The notes: generated from the letters alone by a model not told the origin. 64,000 nt of DNA from Alphaproteobacteria bacterium (GCA_020632795.1 JACKEV010000010.1:31127-95126), one strand, 5' to 3'; counted from the first letter of the stretch, positions 49,572-58,357 are shown. Program-made: numbers and translations.

Positions 49572-52316
49572 ATGATGCTGCATCCGCGCCAGGCGCTCGC
49601 AGAGCTGCTGCTCTCCCTGATGGACCACGACCAGCTCCGTCGCCTGCTGGCCCGACTTCCCCAGGGCGAGGACATCCTGGCCCTGGAGCACCCGGCCTCG
49701 CCGGAGGCGTTCGTGGACAGCGCGGTGGCCGCGCTGGAGCGCCGTGCGCTCATCGACCGGTCCTTCTTCGACCTGCTCATCGACACCCACCCCCGTCGGC
49801 GCGCTGACATCGAGCGGATCGCCGCGATGTGGGCGGAGGACACCTCGGACCCGGACACCTTCTCCGAGCTGCTGCCCCAGGCCTTCGCGCCTGAGGAGGC
49901 CCAGGGCTGGCTGGAGTCGGTGCCCCTGTCCACCGAGGAGTCCGAGGCCCTCCAGGAGTCGGAGGACGTCTTCGAGCGGGCCCGGAAGGCGGTCGCCCTC
50001 AAGGGGGAGGCGGCGGTGCGCTCGCTCCAGCAGGCCCGCCCGGCGCGCGCCCGGGAGATCGCGGCGCTGGCGGCGAAGGAGGGGCTGGCGGCGCCGGGGG
50101 ACGCGCTGGCGCCGAAGGGATCGGCGGCGCCGCTGAAGGTGGTCATCGCCTGCGATCGCGCGCGCATGGACGACGCGCGCACCCTGGGCGCCGCCCTGGC
50201 GGAGGTCAGCTCGATGCCCCACGAGGTCGCCGTGCGGGACGGCGGCTGGCGCGGGCGCAGCGAGGCCGCCGACCGGCTGAGCCTCTTCGTCGAGGACCTG
50301 CCTTCGATGGAGGGCCCCATCGACCTCCTCGTCGTGCTGCTGGGGGAGTCCTTCGTCTCGGCGGGGCTCTCCCCACACCTCCCGCCCCTGCCCCCCGCGA
50401 TCCGGCTGGCGGTCCCCATCCTGATCGGCGCGGTCGCGGGGCCCCAGGCGCCCCTCCCGGCGCGATGGCACACCCTGCTGTGGAGCTGGGCCCCCGGCGT
50501 GCCGCTGTCCGGTGACCGCGAGGCGGCGTGGCTGAAGGTGGCCCAGGGGCTGCGTCCGCTGATGGAGGCGCTGCACTTCGGCGCGCCGCTGCCGACGGCG
50601 ATACCGGGCCCACCGACCCCGCCCCAGCCCTCGGCGAAGCAGGCCCCGCCCGAGCCCGCCGCCCAGCAGGCACCCGAGCCCGCGGCCCAGCCCCCACCGG
50701 AGCCGCCGCGTCGGACCGAGCCCCCGCCCCTGCCTCCCGGCCTCGTCCTCGGCCTGCGCAACGACCGCCCCACCCCCGACGACGCCCTCGGCTTCGGCCC
50801 CTACGCCCGCGCCCTGGCGGACCTGCTCGCCCACCCCGACACCCGGCCGCCGCTGACGGTGTCCGTGGAGGGGGCCTGGGGCGCGGGCAAGTCCAGCTTC
50901 CTGCTCCAGCTCGAGGACGCCCTGCGCAAGAAGTACGGCGACAACATGGTCACCCTGCGCTTCAACGCCTGGCGCTACGAGCAGGCCGAGGCGATGTGGT
51001 CGGCCTTCGCCCTGGGCATGCTGCGGGAGATGGAGCGGGGCATGGGCTGGTGGCCGCGGCTGCGGGCGCGCCTGGCGCTGCGGCTGCGGCGCGCGCGGGC
51101 CTCGAACCAGTGGGAGCCCCTGGTGCGGGGGCTGGTCCTCACCGCGACCGGGCTGGCGCTGGCGGTGCTCGTGGTGCTGCTCCCCGGGACCTGGACGCTG
51201 GGGGTGCTGGAGCTGATCCAGGGCGACGCCGCCACCCCGCCGTGGGTGTCGGTGCTGGGCAAACCGGGCTCCCTGGTGTTCCACCTGGCCATCGCGCTGG
51301 GCGGCCTGGGTGCCATCGGGGCGAAGCTGCGGGGCCTGTGGGACAGCCCCCTGGCGGAGGACCTGCGCGCGGCGGTGACCGACCCCGGCTACACCAGCCA
51401 CACCCCCTTCCTGGACCAGCTCCACGACGACCTGCGCTTCATGCTGGACGCCTTCGCTCAAAAGCGAACAGTGTTCGTTTTTGTCGACGACCTCGACCGC
51501 TGCGAGGTGCCCCGGGCCGCCGAGCTGATGCAGGCGGTCAACCTGCTCCTGCTGGACCCGACCGACCGGGACGCGCCCCCCGCGCCGGTGATCTTCGTGC
51601 TGGCGATGGACCGGGAGAAGGTCGCGGCGGGCTTCGCGGCGCGGCACAAGGCGGTGCTGCCCTACCTGAACGCGGCCTCCTCCAACGGGGCGGCCGAGGG
51701 CATGGCGGGGCTGGAGTACGGCTACGCGTTCATCGAGAAGTTCCTCCAGCTCCCCTTCAGGCTGCCGACGCCCGACCTGCGGGCGCTGAGCGCGATGGCC
51801 TTCCGGAACCCGGACGCCCAGGCCGCCGCGGACGCCGCCACCCAGCAGGACTACCTGCGCCTGATCCTGCGGGCCGAGGCGGTCGATGAGGTGCTGCCCC
51901 TGGTGGTCCCCGCGCTGGGGCAGAACCCCCGGCGTCTGAAGCAGCTCCTCAACCTCTACGCCCTCCAGGCCCGGCTCGCGGCCGAGGCGGGGGCGCTGGC
52001 GGTGGGCGGCGAGCCCCACAAGCTCACCAAGGAGCGGCTGGCGAAGCTGGTGGCGATGGCCCTGCGCTGGCCCGCGCTCGTCACGGACCTGCACCGCGAG
52101 GCGGGCCTGCTGGAGGCGCTGCAGATCGGGGCGCTCGCGCCGGAGTCCATCGCGGCCACGAAGGACCTGAGCGCCCGCACCCGGCGCTGGCTGGCCCGCC
52201 CCGAGCTGATGGCCTTCCTGGCGACCGGCTGCCGCACCCTGGACGACCCGGCGAGCCTCGCCCACGTCGACGTGCGGGTGGTGCTGGGGGCGACCCCGCT
52301 GCGGGGGGTGGACTAA
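49572..52316 (+). CDS. KAP-family P-loop NTPase with N-terminal death-like/effector-associated helical domain
   Basis: Walker A 'GAWGAGKSSFL', Walker B 'VFVFVDDLDRCEVPRAAELMQAVNLLL' (KAP-type DDLDRC). Two TM helices inserted inside the NTPase domain, which is the KAP hallmark. The N-terminal about 90 aa ('ALAELLLSLMDHDQLRRLLARLPQ…') is helical and adaptor-like. Confidence 0.85.
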   Translation: MMLHPRQALAELLLSLMDHDQLRRLLARLPQGEDILALEHPASPEAFVDSAVAALERRALIDRSFFDLLIDTHPRRRADIERIAAMWAEDTSDPDTFSELLPQAFAPEEAQGWLESVPLSTEESEALQESEDVFERARKAVALKGEAAVRSLQQARPARAREIAALAAKEGLAAPGDALAPKGSAAPLKVVIACDRARMDDARTLGAALAEVSSMPHEVAVRDGGWRGRSEAADRLSLFVEDLPSMEGPIDLLVVLLGESFVSAGLSPHLPPLPPAIRLAVPILIGAVAGPQAPLPARWHTLLWSWAPGVPLSGDREAAWLKVAQGLRPLMEALHFGAPLPTAIPGPPTPPQPSAKQAPPEPAAQQAPEPAAQPPPEPPRRTEPPPLPPGLVLGLRNDRPTPDDALGFGPYARALADLLAHPDTRPPLTVSVEGAWGAGKSSFLLQLEDALRKKYGDNMVTLRFNAWRYEQAEAMWSAFALGMLREMERGMGWWPRLRARLALRLRRARASNQWEPLVRGLVLTATGLALAVLVVLLPGTWTLGVLELIQGDAATPPWVSVLGKPGSLVFHLAIALGGLGAIGAKLRGLWDSPLAEDLRAAVTDPGYTSHTPFLDQLHDDLRFMLDAFAQKRTVFVFVDDLDRCEVPRAAELMQAVNLLLLDPTDRDAPPAPVIFVLAMDREKVAAGFAARHKAVLPYLNAASSNGAAEGMAGLEYGYAFIEKFLQLPFRLPTPDLRALSAMAFRNPDAQAAADAATQQDYLRLILRAEAVDEVLPLVVPALGQNPRRLKQLLNLYALQARLAAEAGALAVGGEPHKLTKERLAKLVAMALRWPALVTDLHREAGLLEALQIGALAPESIAATKDLSARTRRWLARPELMAFLATGCRTLDDPASLAHVDVRVVLGATPLRGVD

Positions 52317-53317
52317 CCCTCGATCAATGCGTCGAGGGAGGGAGCGTCGAGGACCCGGCGGGTCCAGGCGTCGAGCTGCTCCAGGGAGGCGGCGCGGATG
52401 CGCTCGGCCTGGGGCTCGGCGGGGAGGCCGAAGCGCAGGGTGACGAGGGTGAGCAGGGCTTCGCGGAGGCCCTCCTGTCGGCCTTCCTGGCGGCCCTCCT
52501 GGCGGCCCTCCTGGCGGCCGACCTGGAGGCCCTGGCGGCGGCCCTGCTCGCGGAGCTTGTCGGCCATGGTCATAACGGTGTCCTCGTACTCGGGCTCCAG
52601 GGCGTCGCACAGGAGCTTGAGCTTGTGGGGGTCGGGGTACTCGTCTCGCACGGAGACAATATATTCGATGGTCAGGCGGATCAGGGGCTCGCCGCCGAGC
52701 TGGCCGGCGCGGCGGAAGGAGAGCCTCCAGCCGGGGAGCAGCTCCCAGAAGCGGCGTTGGCGGCTGTGCTTGAGCAGCAGCAGGGCGACGAGGGGCTCCA
52801 GGTCGGCGTCGGGCACCTCGCCGAGGTCCTGGAGCAGGATGCGCAGGGCCGGGAGGTAGGGGGCGACAGGAGCCTCGGCCTCGGGGGTGAGGTTGTACAG
52901 CTCCCGGAGGGTGGTGGGCCCCGTCCAGGGCCCCTTGCCGTGGTAGACGACGACGGGCAGCAGGGCGGGCAGCCCCTCTGCGTCGGGGTTGGCCTGCTCC
53001 CAATTGGACCAGGCGCGGGTGGCGTAGCGGTGCATGCGCCAGGGCATGTCGCGGCGCACCCAGGAGCTGTGCTCGACGAGGACGTAGATGAGGAAGGCGC
53101 CGCCAGCGCGGGTGGGGACCTCGAAGAGCAGGTCGGAGAGGTGTTCTTTGAGGGCATCGTCGACGAAGTGGCCGTCGGCGAGGCGCAGCGCGTCGAGCTG
53201 GAGGTGCTCGACGAGGGCCGGGGGCAGGCACTGGTGGAGGAGGAGCGCGGCCGCCTCGGGCTGGGAGAAGAAGCCGCGGAAGAGCAGGTCGTGGGGGTTG
53301 GGTGGCATGGCCTCCAA
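52313..53317 (-). CDS. Rpn-family recombination-promoting nuclease/putative transposase (PD-(D/E)XK, YhgA-like)
   Basis: 'HDLLFRGFFSQPEAAALLL…' N-terminus, 'FLIYVLVEHSS' core, and a DUF4351-like C-terminus. Internal (QEGR)x4 tandem repeat. Confidence 0.8.
   Translation of the reverse strand: MEAMPPNPHDLLFRGFFSQPEAAALLLHQCLPPALVEHLQLDALRLADGHFVDDALKEHLSDLLFEVPTRAGGAFLIYVLVEHSSWVRRDMPWRMHRYATRAWSNWEQANPDAEGLPALLPVVVYHGKGPWTGPTTLRELYNLTPEAEAPVAPYLPALRILLQDLGEVPDADLEPLVALLLLKHSRQRRFWELLPGWRLSFRRAGQLGGEPLIRLTIEYIVSVRDEYPDPHKLKLLCDALEPEYEDTVMTMADKLREQGRRQGLQVGRQEGRQEGRQEGRQEGLREALLTLVTLRFGLPAEPQAERIRAASLEQLDAWTRRVLDAPSLDALIEG
52469..52528. repeat. 12-bp tandem repeat (about 5 units, ggccctcctggc type) inside the Rpn nuclease gene, encoding (QEGR)n
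   Basis: Direct reading of 'ggccctcctgtcggccttcctggcggccctcctggcggccctcctggcggcc'. Confidence 0.8.
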
Positions 53318-53429
53318 GCCCTATCGAGGAGCGCCAGGGGAGGCCCGTTGACCGTACGTACGGTCATGGAACCTCTCTCACAGGGTCCAGGAAGGCCGAT
53401 CCGGGGACCTTTGTCCGGTCACGACCGTA

Positions 53430-54434
53430 TCAATCCGAGGTCGACGTCCCGCAGGCCGGCGTGTCCACCATCGCCCCGCCCGGCGCCCGCCCCGCCACCA
53501 CCGGCGCGACCGCCTCGGCGAGGGCGCGGTAGCCCGCCTCGCTGGGGTGATGGGGGTCGGTGTTCCCCCAGCAGGACCGCTGGGGCAGGGTGTGGCCCAC
53601 CAGCTTGACCCCCAGGGGCGCGAGGGCCTCGGCCCAGGGCTCCAGGGTGCGGGCGCGGGCCTCGACCGGCTGCATGCGGTTGGTCGGCATGCCCACGAAC
53701 CACACCGGCAGGCCCTGGTCCCGGGCGTCGGTGGCCAGGGTGACCAGGTCCGGGATGCCGGAGCTGGGCTGGTCGGCCTCCAGGTAGGGGTACTGGGGGC
53801 GGGTCAGCGGCGCGAGCAGGTACCGCAGGGCGAGGTAGACCCGCACGTCCACCCAGGGCGCCCCGCGCACCCGCCGGTACCAGCCCTGGCGCTGGTCGGC
53901 GAGGGCCCGCTGGCGGGTCTCGTTGTGGGGGGTGCCGAGCAGCACGCCGTGGACCTCGAACAGCGCCGAGAGCTGGCGCCAGCGCCGCAGCATGTCGAAG
54001 GCGCAGCTCCCGAAGATGGCGCCGTTGAGCACCTCGACCCGCTCGGCCTCGACCATCGAGGGCAGCAGGGCTTCGAGCTGCTCGGGCAGGGTGCGGTCCT
54101 GGTCGGCGTTGTGGCCGAACATCCAACTGTCGCCGAGGGCGAGGAGGCGCAGGATGCCCGCCGGGGCCTGCGCGGGGGGGTCGTGGTCCTCCCGCATGCC
54201 GAAGCGGTTGGTGCGGATCTGCCAGGGGTGATCGCCGTCCTGCTTGTCGATGCGCCGGCCGGGCTCCAGGCGCAGGGTGTCGTCCTCCAGGACGAGCAGG
54301 GGGTCGGGGGACTCCCAGGCGAAGCGCAGGGTGTCCGCCGGGACGGTCGCGCGCAGGGCCAGCTCGGCCAGGGCGAACACCCCGAGCGTCACCGCCAGCC
54401 CGGCCAGGAGCTTGCGCCCGCGTCTCGACACCAT
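53430..54434 (-). CDS. SGNH/GDSL-family hydrolase, membrane-anchored
   Basis: N-terminal TM. 'LLALGDSWMFG' GDS(x) motif. C-terminal 'DPHHPSEAGYRALAEAV' matches the catalytic DxxH block. Confidence 0.75.
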   Translation of the reverse strand: MVSRRGRKLLAGLAVTLGVFALAELALRATVPADTLRFAWESPDPLLVLEDDTLRLEPGRRIDKQDGDHPWQIRTNRFGMREDHDPPAQAPAGILRLLALGDSWMFGHNADQDRTLPEQLEALLPSMVEAERVEVLNGAIFGSCAFDMLRRWRQLSALFEVHGVLLGTPHNETRQRALADQRQGWYRRVRGAPWVDVRVYLALRYLLAPLTRPQYPYLEADQPSSGIPDLVTLATDARDQGLPVWFVGMPTNRMQPVEARARTLEPWAEALAPLGVKLVGHTLPQRSCWGNTDPHHPSEAGYRALAEAVAPVVAGRAPGGAMVDTPACGTSTSD

Positions 54435-54463
54435 GAACCTCCGTCAGCACATTATGGAGGAGC

Positions 54464-55768
54464 ATGCGCGCGCTGCTGGCTGGCGTCGGGACCCTCGGAG
54501 ACGTGCTGCCCCTGGTGGCGCTCGGGCTGGCCCTGCGCGACGCCGGGCACGAGGCGCGGCTGATCGGCTCCCCGAGCGGGGCGGCGGTGGCCCGGCGCTG
54601 GGGCCTGCCGGTGGAGGAGGTCGAGCCGGACACCGAGGCCCTGCTGGCCGAGGCCGCCGCCGGGGGCCCCGCGGTCCTGCGCAGCCTGCAGGCGCGCATG
54701 GCCGGCTGGATCGACGCCCAGCACACCGCCTTGGAGGCCCACGCCGGCTGGGCGGACGTGCTCGTCTCGGCCGCCGGGGCCCACGCCGCGGGCAGCGTCG
54801 CCGACGCCCGGGGCCTGCCCTGGCGCATGCTCCAGGTGTGCGCCCAGGCCATCCCCTCCCCGGAGCACCCGCCGCTGCCCCTGGCCCCCGGCGCGCTGCC
54901 GGGCTGGCTGAACCGGGGGCTGTGGTGGGTGGAGGACCAGCTCACCGTCTGGCCGGTGGGGCCGGTGCTGGACCGCCACCGCGCGCGGCTGGGGCTGCCC
55001 CCGCTGCGCTCCCGCCACGCGGTCACCGCGCCCCCGGGCCGCACCTGGCTCCTGGAGGACCCCGAACTGGCCGACCCGCCCCCCGGCGTGCCGGCGGTGG
55101 GCTACTGGCCGCTGCCCCGGCCGCCGACGCCGCTCCCCCCCCAGGTCGAGGCCTTCCTGGACGCCGGGCCGCCGCCGGTCTGGGTGGGCTGGGGCAGCAT
55201 GGCCGACCCGGATCCAGCGCGCACCACGGGGATCGTGCGCGCGGCCCTGGGCCGGGCGGGCCTGCGGGCCGTGCTGGGCGCGGGGGTCTCCGGGCTGGGG
55301 GCGGGCGTGGTGGACGCGCGGCTGCTGGTGGTGGACGCGGTCGACCACCGGGCGCTGTTCCCGAGGTTGGCGGCGGTGGTGCACCACGGTGGGGCCGGGA
55401 CCATCGCCGTCGCGGCGCGGGCGGGCCTGCCCCAGCTCGCCCTGTGGCACCTCCCCGACCAGAGGGCGCGGGGGCGGGGGCTGCACAAGCGCGGGCTGGG
55501 GCCGCCGCCGCTGCGCTTCACGAAGCTCCGAGAGGCCGAGCTGGCCGCCCGCCTGGCGGCGCTGACGTCCGAAGCGTCGATCCGGTGGGCTTCAGCGCAG
55601 CTCGCCGCGCAGCTTGGCCGGGCCGATCGGCTCGCCGAGGCGATCACCCGGCTGGAGGCGGTGGCCGCCGCCGGGCAACCCAGGGCGGCGGTGGCCTGGC
55701 GGGCGCTTCAGGAGCCGGTGTCCACCAGCTCCTCGGAGGGCTCGTCCGGGGGCTCGCCGACCGGCTGA
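54464..55768 (+). CDS. Glycosyltransferase family 1 (UDP-glycosyltransferase/MGT-type), paralog of 28255-29622
   Basis: 'GTLGDVLPLVALGLAL' N-terminus and 'HHGGAGTIAVAARAGLPQLALWHLPDQ' donor-binding motif. Confidence 0.8.
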   Translation: MRALLAGVGTLGDVLPLVALGLALRDAGHEARLIGSPSGAAVARRWGLPVEEVEPDTEALLAEAAAGGPAVLRSLQARMAGWIDAQHTALEAHAGWADVLVSAAGAHAAGSVADARGLPWRMLQVCAQAIPSPEHPPLPLAPGALPGWLNRGLWWVEDQLTVWPVGPVLDRHRARLGLPPLRSRHAVTAPPGRTWLLEDPELADPPPGVPAVGYWPLPRPPTPLPPQVEAFLDAGPPPVWVGWGSMADPDPARTTGIVRAALGRAGLRAVLGAGVSGLGAGVVDARLLVVDAVDHRALFPRLAAVVHHGGAGTIAVAARAGLPQLALWHLPDQRARGRGLHKRGLGPPPLRFTKLREAELAARLAALTSEASIRWASAQLAAQLGRADRLAEAITRLEAVAAAGQPRAAVAWRALQEPVSTSSSEGSSGGSPTG

Positions 55769-56388
55769 CCCTCGACCTCCTCGACGTTGAAGAAGACGAA
55801 GGGGTACTTCACCGCCAGCTCGCCGCTGGCCGGGCGGGGCCAGTCCGCGTCGTAGATGGGCGCCGAGAAGCAGGTCTGCACCGCGAAGGGCACCCCGTCG
55901 TGCTCCAGCACGAAGACGTCCCCCAGGCCGGCCGGGGTGAGGTGGAACTCCATGACCACCCGCCCCTCCAGCTCGGGCTCGGCCGCCCACCACTGGTTCA
56001 TGCAGTCGCGGATGTCAGGCATGACGTCGTTGACCGCCGCGCGGATGGCGTCGGGGTCGACCTGGCCGCCGGAGGGGGGCGCGGCCCCCGCGCCCTCCGC
56101 TGAAGCGCCCGCGCCGTCGGCGTCCGGGGCGGCCTCGCCGCCGACGGTGGTCAGGGAGGCCGGGGTGGAGCGGGGCAGCAGGACGCGCTGGTTCGCGGTC
56201 GCCGGGTCCGGGCCGTCGAGGTCGCCGACGGTGGCGTCCCCCGGGTCCATCGGCACGCCGGGGGAGCGGGAGGGCGTCGGCGCGGGCGCCTCCACGGGGG
56301 CGGGCTCCTCCCAGAGCAGGTTCACCACGAGCACGAACAGCAGGAAGGGCGCGGCGACGAGCAGGAAGAGGCGGAGCCGGGTTTCCAT
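55708..56388 (-). CDS. Membrane-anchored protein with AgmX/PglI-type C-terminal domain
   Basis: N-terminal TM, Pro/Ala-rich linker. C-terminal 'IRAAVNDVMPDIRDCMNQWW…VVMEFHL…AVKYPFVF' parallels the C-terminus of the VIT protein. Confidence 0.6.
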   Translation of the reverse strand: METRLRLFLLVAAPFLLFVLVVNLLWEEPAPVEAPAPTPSRSPGVPMDPGDATVGDLDGPDPATANQRVLLPRSTPASLTTVGGEAAPDADGAGASAEGAGAAPPSGGQVDPDAIRAAVNDVMPDIRDCMNQWWAAEPELEGRVVMEFHLTPAGLGDVFVLEHDGVPFAVQTCFSAPIYDADWPRPASGELAVKYPFVFFNVEEVEGQPVGEPPDEPSEELVDTGS

Positions 56389-56461
56389 GAGCGGACCTCA
56401 GAGGGACCTGGGTCCTCTAACCTGGGAGAGGGTGGGGATCAGCGCCCTGGCCAGGACAACC

Positions 56462-56929
56462 TCACCCCCCCTCCGCCTCCTCCAGCGCCTCCAGGAACGC
56501 CGCCCGCAGCGCCCGCAGCGCGCGGCTGGCGTCGCGCACCGCCTCGGGGTCCAGGCGCGCGGCGAGCCGCTCGGCCCATTGAAGCTGGAGCGCCTCCAGC
56601 TCCTGGTACCGGGCCACCCCCTCCTTGGTCAGCGCGAGCAGCCGGGAGCGCTTGTGCTGGGGGTTCTCCACCCAGCACAGGTAGCCGTCCCGGACCATCT
56701 CGTTGGCGATGCGCTGGACCCCCTGCCGCGCGACGGGCCGCATCCGGGCGATGTCGGGCACGGTCAGCGGGCCGTGGTGGGCGAGGGTGCGCAGCATCGC
56801 CATCCGGGCCGTGGAGCTGCCCACGGGCCGCAGCACCTGCTCCGAGAGCGCCCGCAGCGGGAAGTACGCCCGGGTCACCAGCAGGCCCGCCTCGACGACG
56901 GCGGCGACGCGCTCAGGGGGGTGGCTCAC
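56462..56929 (-). CDS. MarR-family transcriptional regulator
   Basis: Winged-HTH pattern 'ARMAMLRTLAHHGPLTVPDIARMRPVARQGVQRIANEMVRDGYL'. 155 aa. Last gene of a three-gene operon. Confidence 0.85.
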   Translation of the reverse strand: MSHPPERVAAVVEAGLLVTRAYFPLRALSEQVLRPVGSSTARMAMLRTLAHHGPLTVPDIARMRPVARQGVQRIANEMVRDGYLCWVENPQHKRSRLLALTKEGVARYQELEALQLQWAERLAARLDPEAVRDASRALRALRAAFLEALEEAEGG

Positions 56930-57800
56930 GGGGGCTCCTGCTCGTGGCGAGCATGCTGACAGCCCGCCGGAGCGCCGTCAACGGGTAGAGGAGCTGGCCC
57001 GCGAGGTCCGGGGGCGGCGCGGGCCCCTCGACCCCGTAGCGCCCGACGGACCGCCGGGAGGGCTCCGTGAACGTCCCGAAGAGCACATCCCAGACCGGGA
57101 GCAGCGCGCCGTAGTTGCTGTCGTGGACGGCCCGGCGGCTGTCGTGGTGGAGGTGGTGGACGTCCGGGGTCACCAGCGCGCGGTGCAGCCAGCCCGGCAG
57201 CCGCCAGTCCACGCTGGCGTGGGCGGGGTAGCCGACCATGTTCAGAGCGAGCACCTGGACGGTGGCCAGCGCCACGGGCGCCCCCAGCAGCGCCACGGGC
57301 GCGGTGATGAGCGCGGCCCGGACCAGGGCCTCCCCGACGTGGAAGCGGTGCTTGCGGGAGGCGTGCAGCGCGTCGATGTCGTGGTGGATGGCGTGGATCG
57401 GCCACAGCCAGGCCCAGGTGTGCATCAGGCGGTGGCGCCCGTACTCCAGCAGGTCGACGAGCGCCAGGTAGAGCAACCCCTGGGCGAACGGGCTCCAGGC
57501 CGAGGGCCAGATCCCTGGACCCAGGACCGGGACCGCAGCGCCCACCACCGGCTCCAGAGCCTTGGTGGCGAGCAGGAGCAGAGCGCCATGGGCGGCGTCC
57601 TGGAGGGCCCCCCGGTCGCGCAGGAAGGGCCGCCCCGGCGTTCGGGGGAAGCGCAGCTCCATCCAGCCCAGCGCCGCGACCTGAACCGCCGTCGCCGCGA
57701 GCCCGGCCGGCATCAGCGGCCAGCCCTCGGACACGAGGAGCGCGGTGAGCGCCACTGGGGCAAGCAGCACCGCGCCGTAGCTCCACGCGGGCGCGCTCAC
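56913..57800 (-). CDS. Fatty acid hydroxylase/sterol desaturase-family membrane di-iron enzyme
   Basis: GTG start in GTGA overlap with the DUF2147 stop. His boxes 'HAIHHD' and 'HHLHHD' plus 'HTWAWLWPIH'. Four TM helices. Confidence 0.75.
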   Translation of the reverse strand: MSAPAWSYGAVLLAPVALTALLVSEGWPLMPAGLAATAVQVAALGWMELRFPRTPGRPFLRDRGALQDAAHGALLLLATKALEPVVGAAVPVLGPGIWPSAWSPFAQGLLYLALVDLLEYGRHRLMHTWAWLWPIHAIHHDIDALHASRKHRFHVGEALVRAALITAPVALLGAPVALATVQVLALNMVGYPAHASVDWRLPGWLHRALVTPDVHHLHHDSRRAVHDSNYGALLPVWDVLFGTFTEPSRRSVGRYGVEGPAPPPDLAGQLLYPLTALRRAVSMLATSRSPREPPP

Positions 57801-58261
57801 GGGGTGGCCACGCAGCGCGCAGCCCGGACCGGCTCTCGAAGCCACGTCACCGAGCGACCCAGCAGGGGGTGCCCCCAGTACCCCCGCACCTCCAGGACGC
57901 CGGCCTCGACCAGCGCGGCCTGGGCGCTGTAGCGTCGCCCCGAGACGGGGTCGAGCACGGTGCCCCCGGCGAACCGGGCGCCGTCCCAGCTCAGGCCCGA
58001 GGCGATGGTCAGGCCGATGAGGGGCTGGCCCTGCTCCGCGCCGTCGCAGGCCGCGCAGACCGCGCCCCGGTCCCGCCCCGGCTCCAGGATGTCGGTGATC
58101 CGCGCCGAGAGCACCTCCCCCTGGAGGCTCAGGGAGAGCGCCGCCTCCGGGGTGCAGCCGTCGTCCCCGACGGAGACCCAGGCGCCGGAGAGCGCTGGGG
58201 GCGCGGCCCAGGCGACGGCAGGGAGGAGCAGGGCGAGGACCAAGGGGAAGAGCGGGCGCAT
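57797..58261 (-). CDS. DUF2147-family secreted protein
   Basis: Start ATG at 58261 (M5 of the track ORF) with GGAGAT RBS. Signal 'MRPLFPLVLALLLPAVAWA'. DUF2147-like Cys pattern. Confidence 0.7.
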   Translation of the reverse strand: MRPLFPLVLALLLPAVAWAAPPALSGAWVSVGDDGCTPEAALSLSLQGEVLSARITDILEPGRDRGAVCAACDGAEQGQPLIGLTIASGLSWDGARFAGGTVLDPVSGRRYSAQAALVEAGVLEVRGYWGHPLLGRSVTWLREPVRAARCVATP

Positions 58262-58273
58262 CGGGATCTCCAT

Positions 58274-58316
58274 ATTGACAACATGTTGCTAAACTGAAGA
58301 GCAACATGTTGTCAAT
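58274..58316. promoter_or_regulatory. AT-rich perfect inverted repeat ATTGACAACATGTTGCT-N9-AGCAACATGTTGTCAAT; candidate MarR operator/promoter of the DUF2147-hydroxylase-MarR operon
   Basis: Direct reading. 17-bp arms, 9-bp spacer, about 35% GC in a 70% GC background. Each arm contains TTGACA (sigma70 -35 consensus) and the mini-palindrome ACATGT. Lies 13-55 bp upstream of the DUF2147 start. Confidence 0.55.
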
Positions 58317-58357
58317 GAAGATCGAGGACCCGCCCTGGATCGCGCGCCGGCCCGGCC

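Noticed and set aside
49500-53231. Upstream 1244 codons of the 1383-aa minus-strand ORF
   Set aside because: Only the last 139 codons (DUF2141) look protein-like. The rest is an Arg/Pro-rich antisense reading of the KAP NTPase gene.
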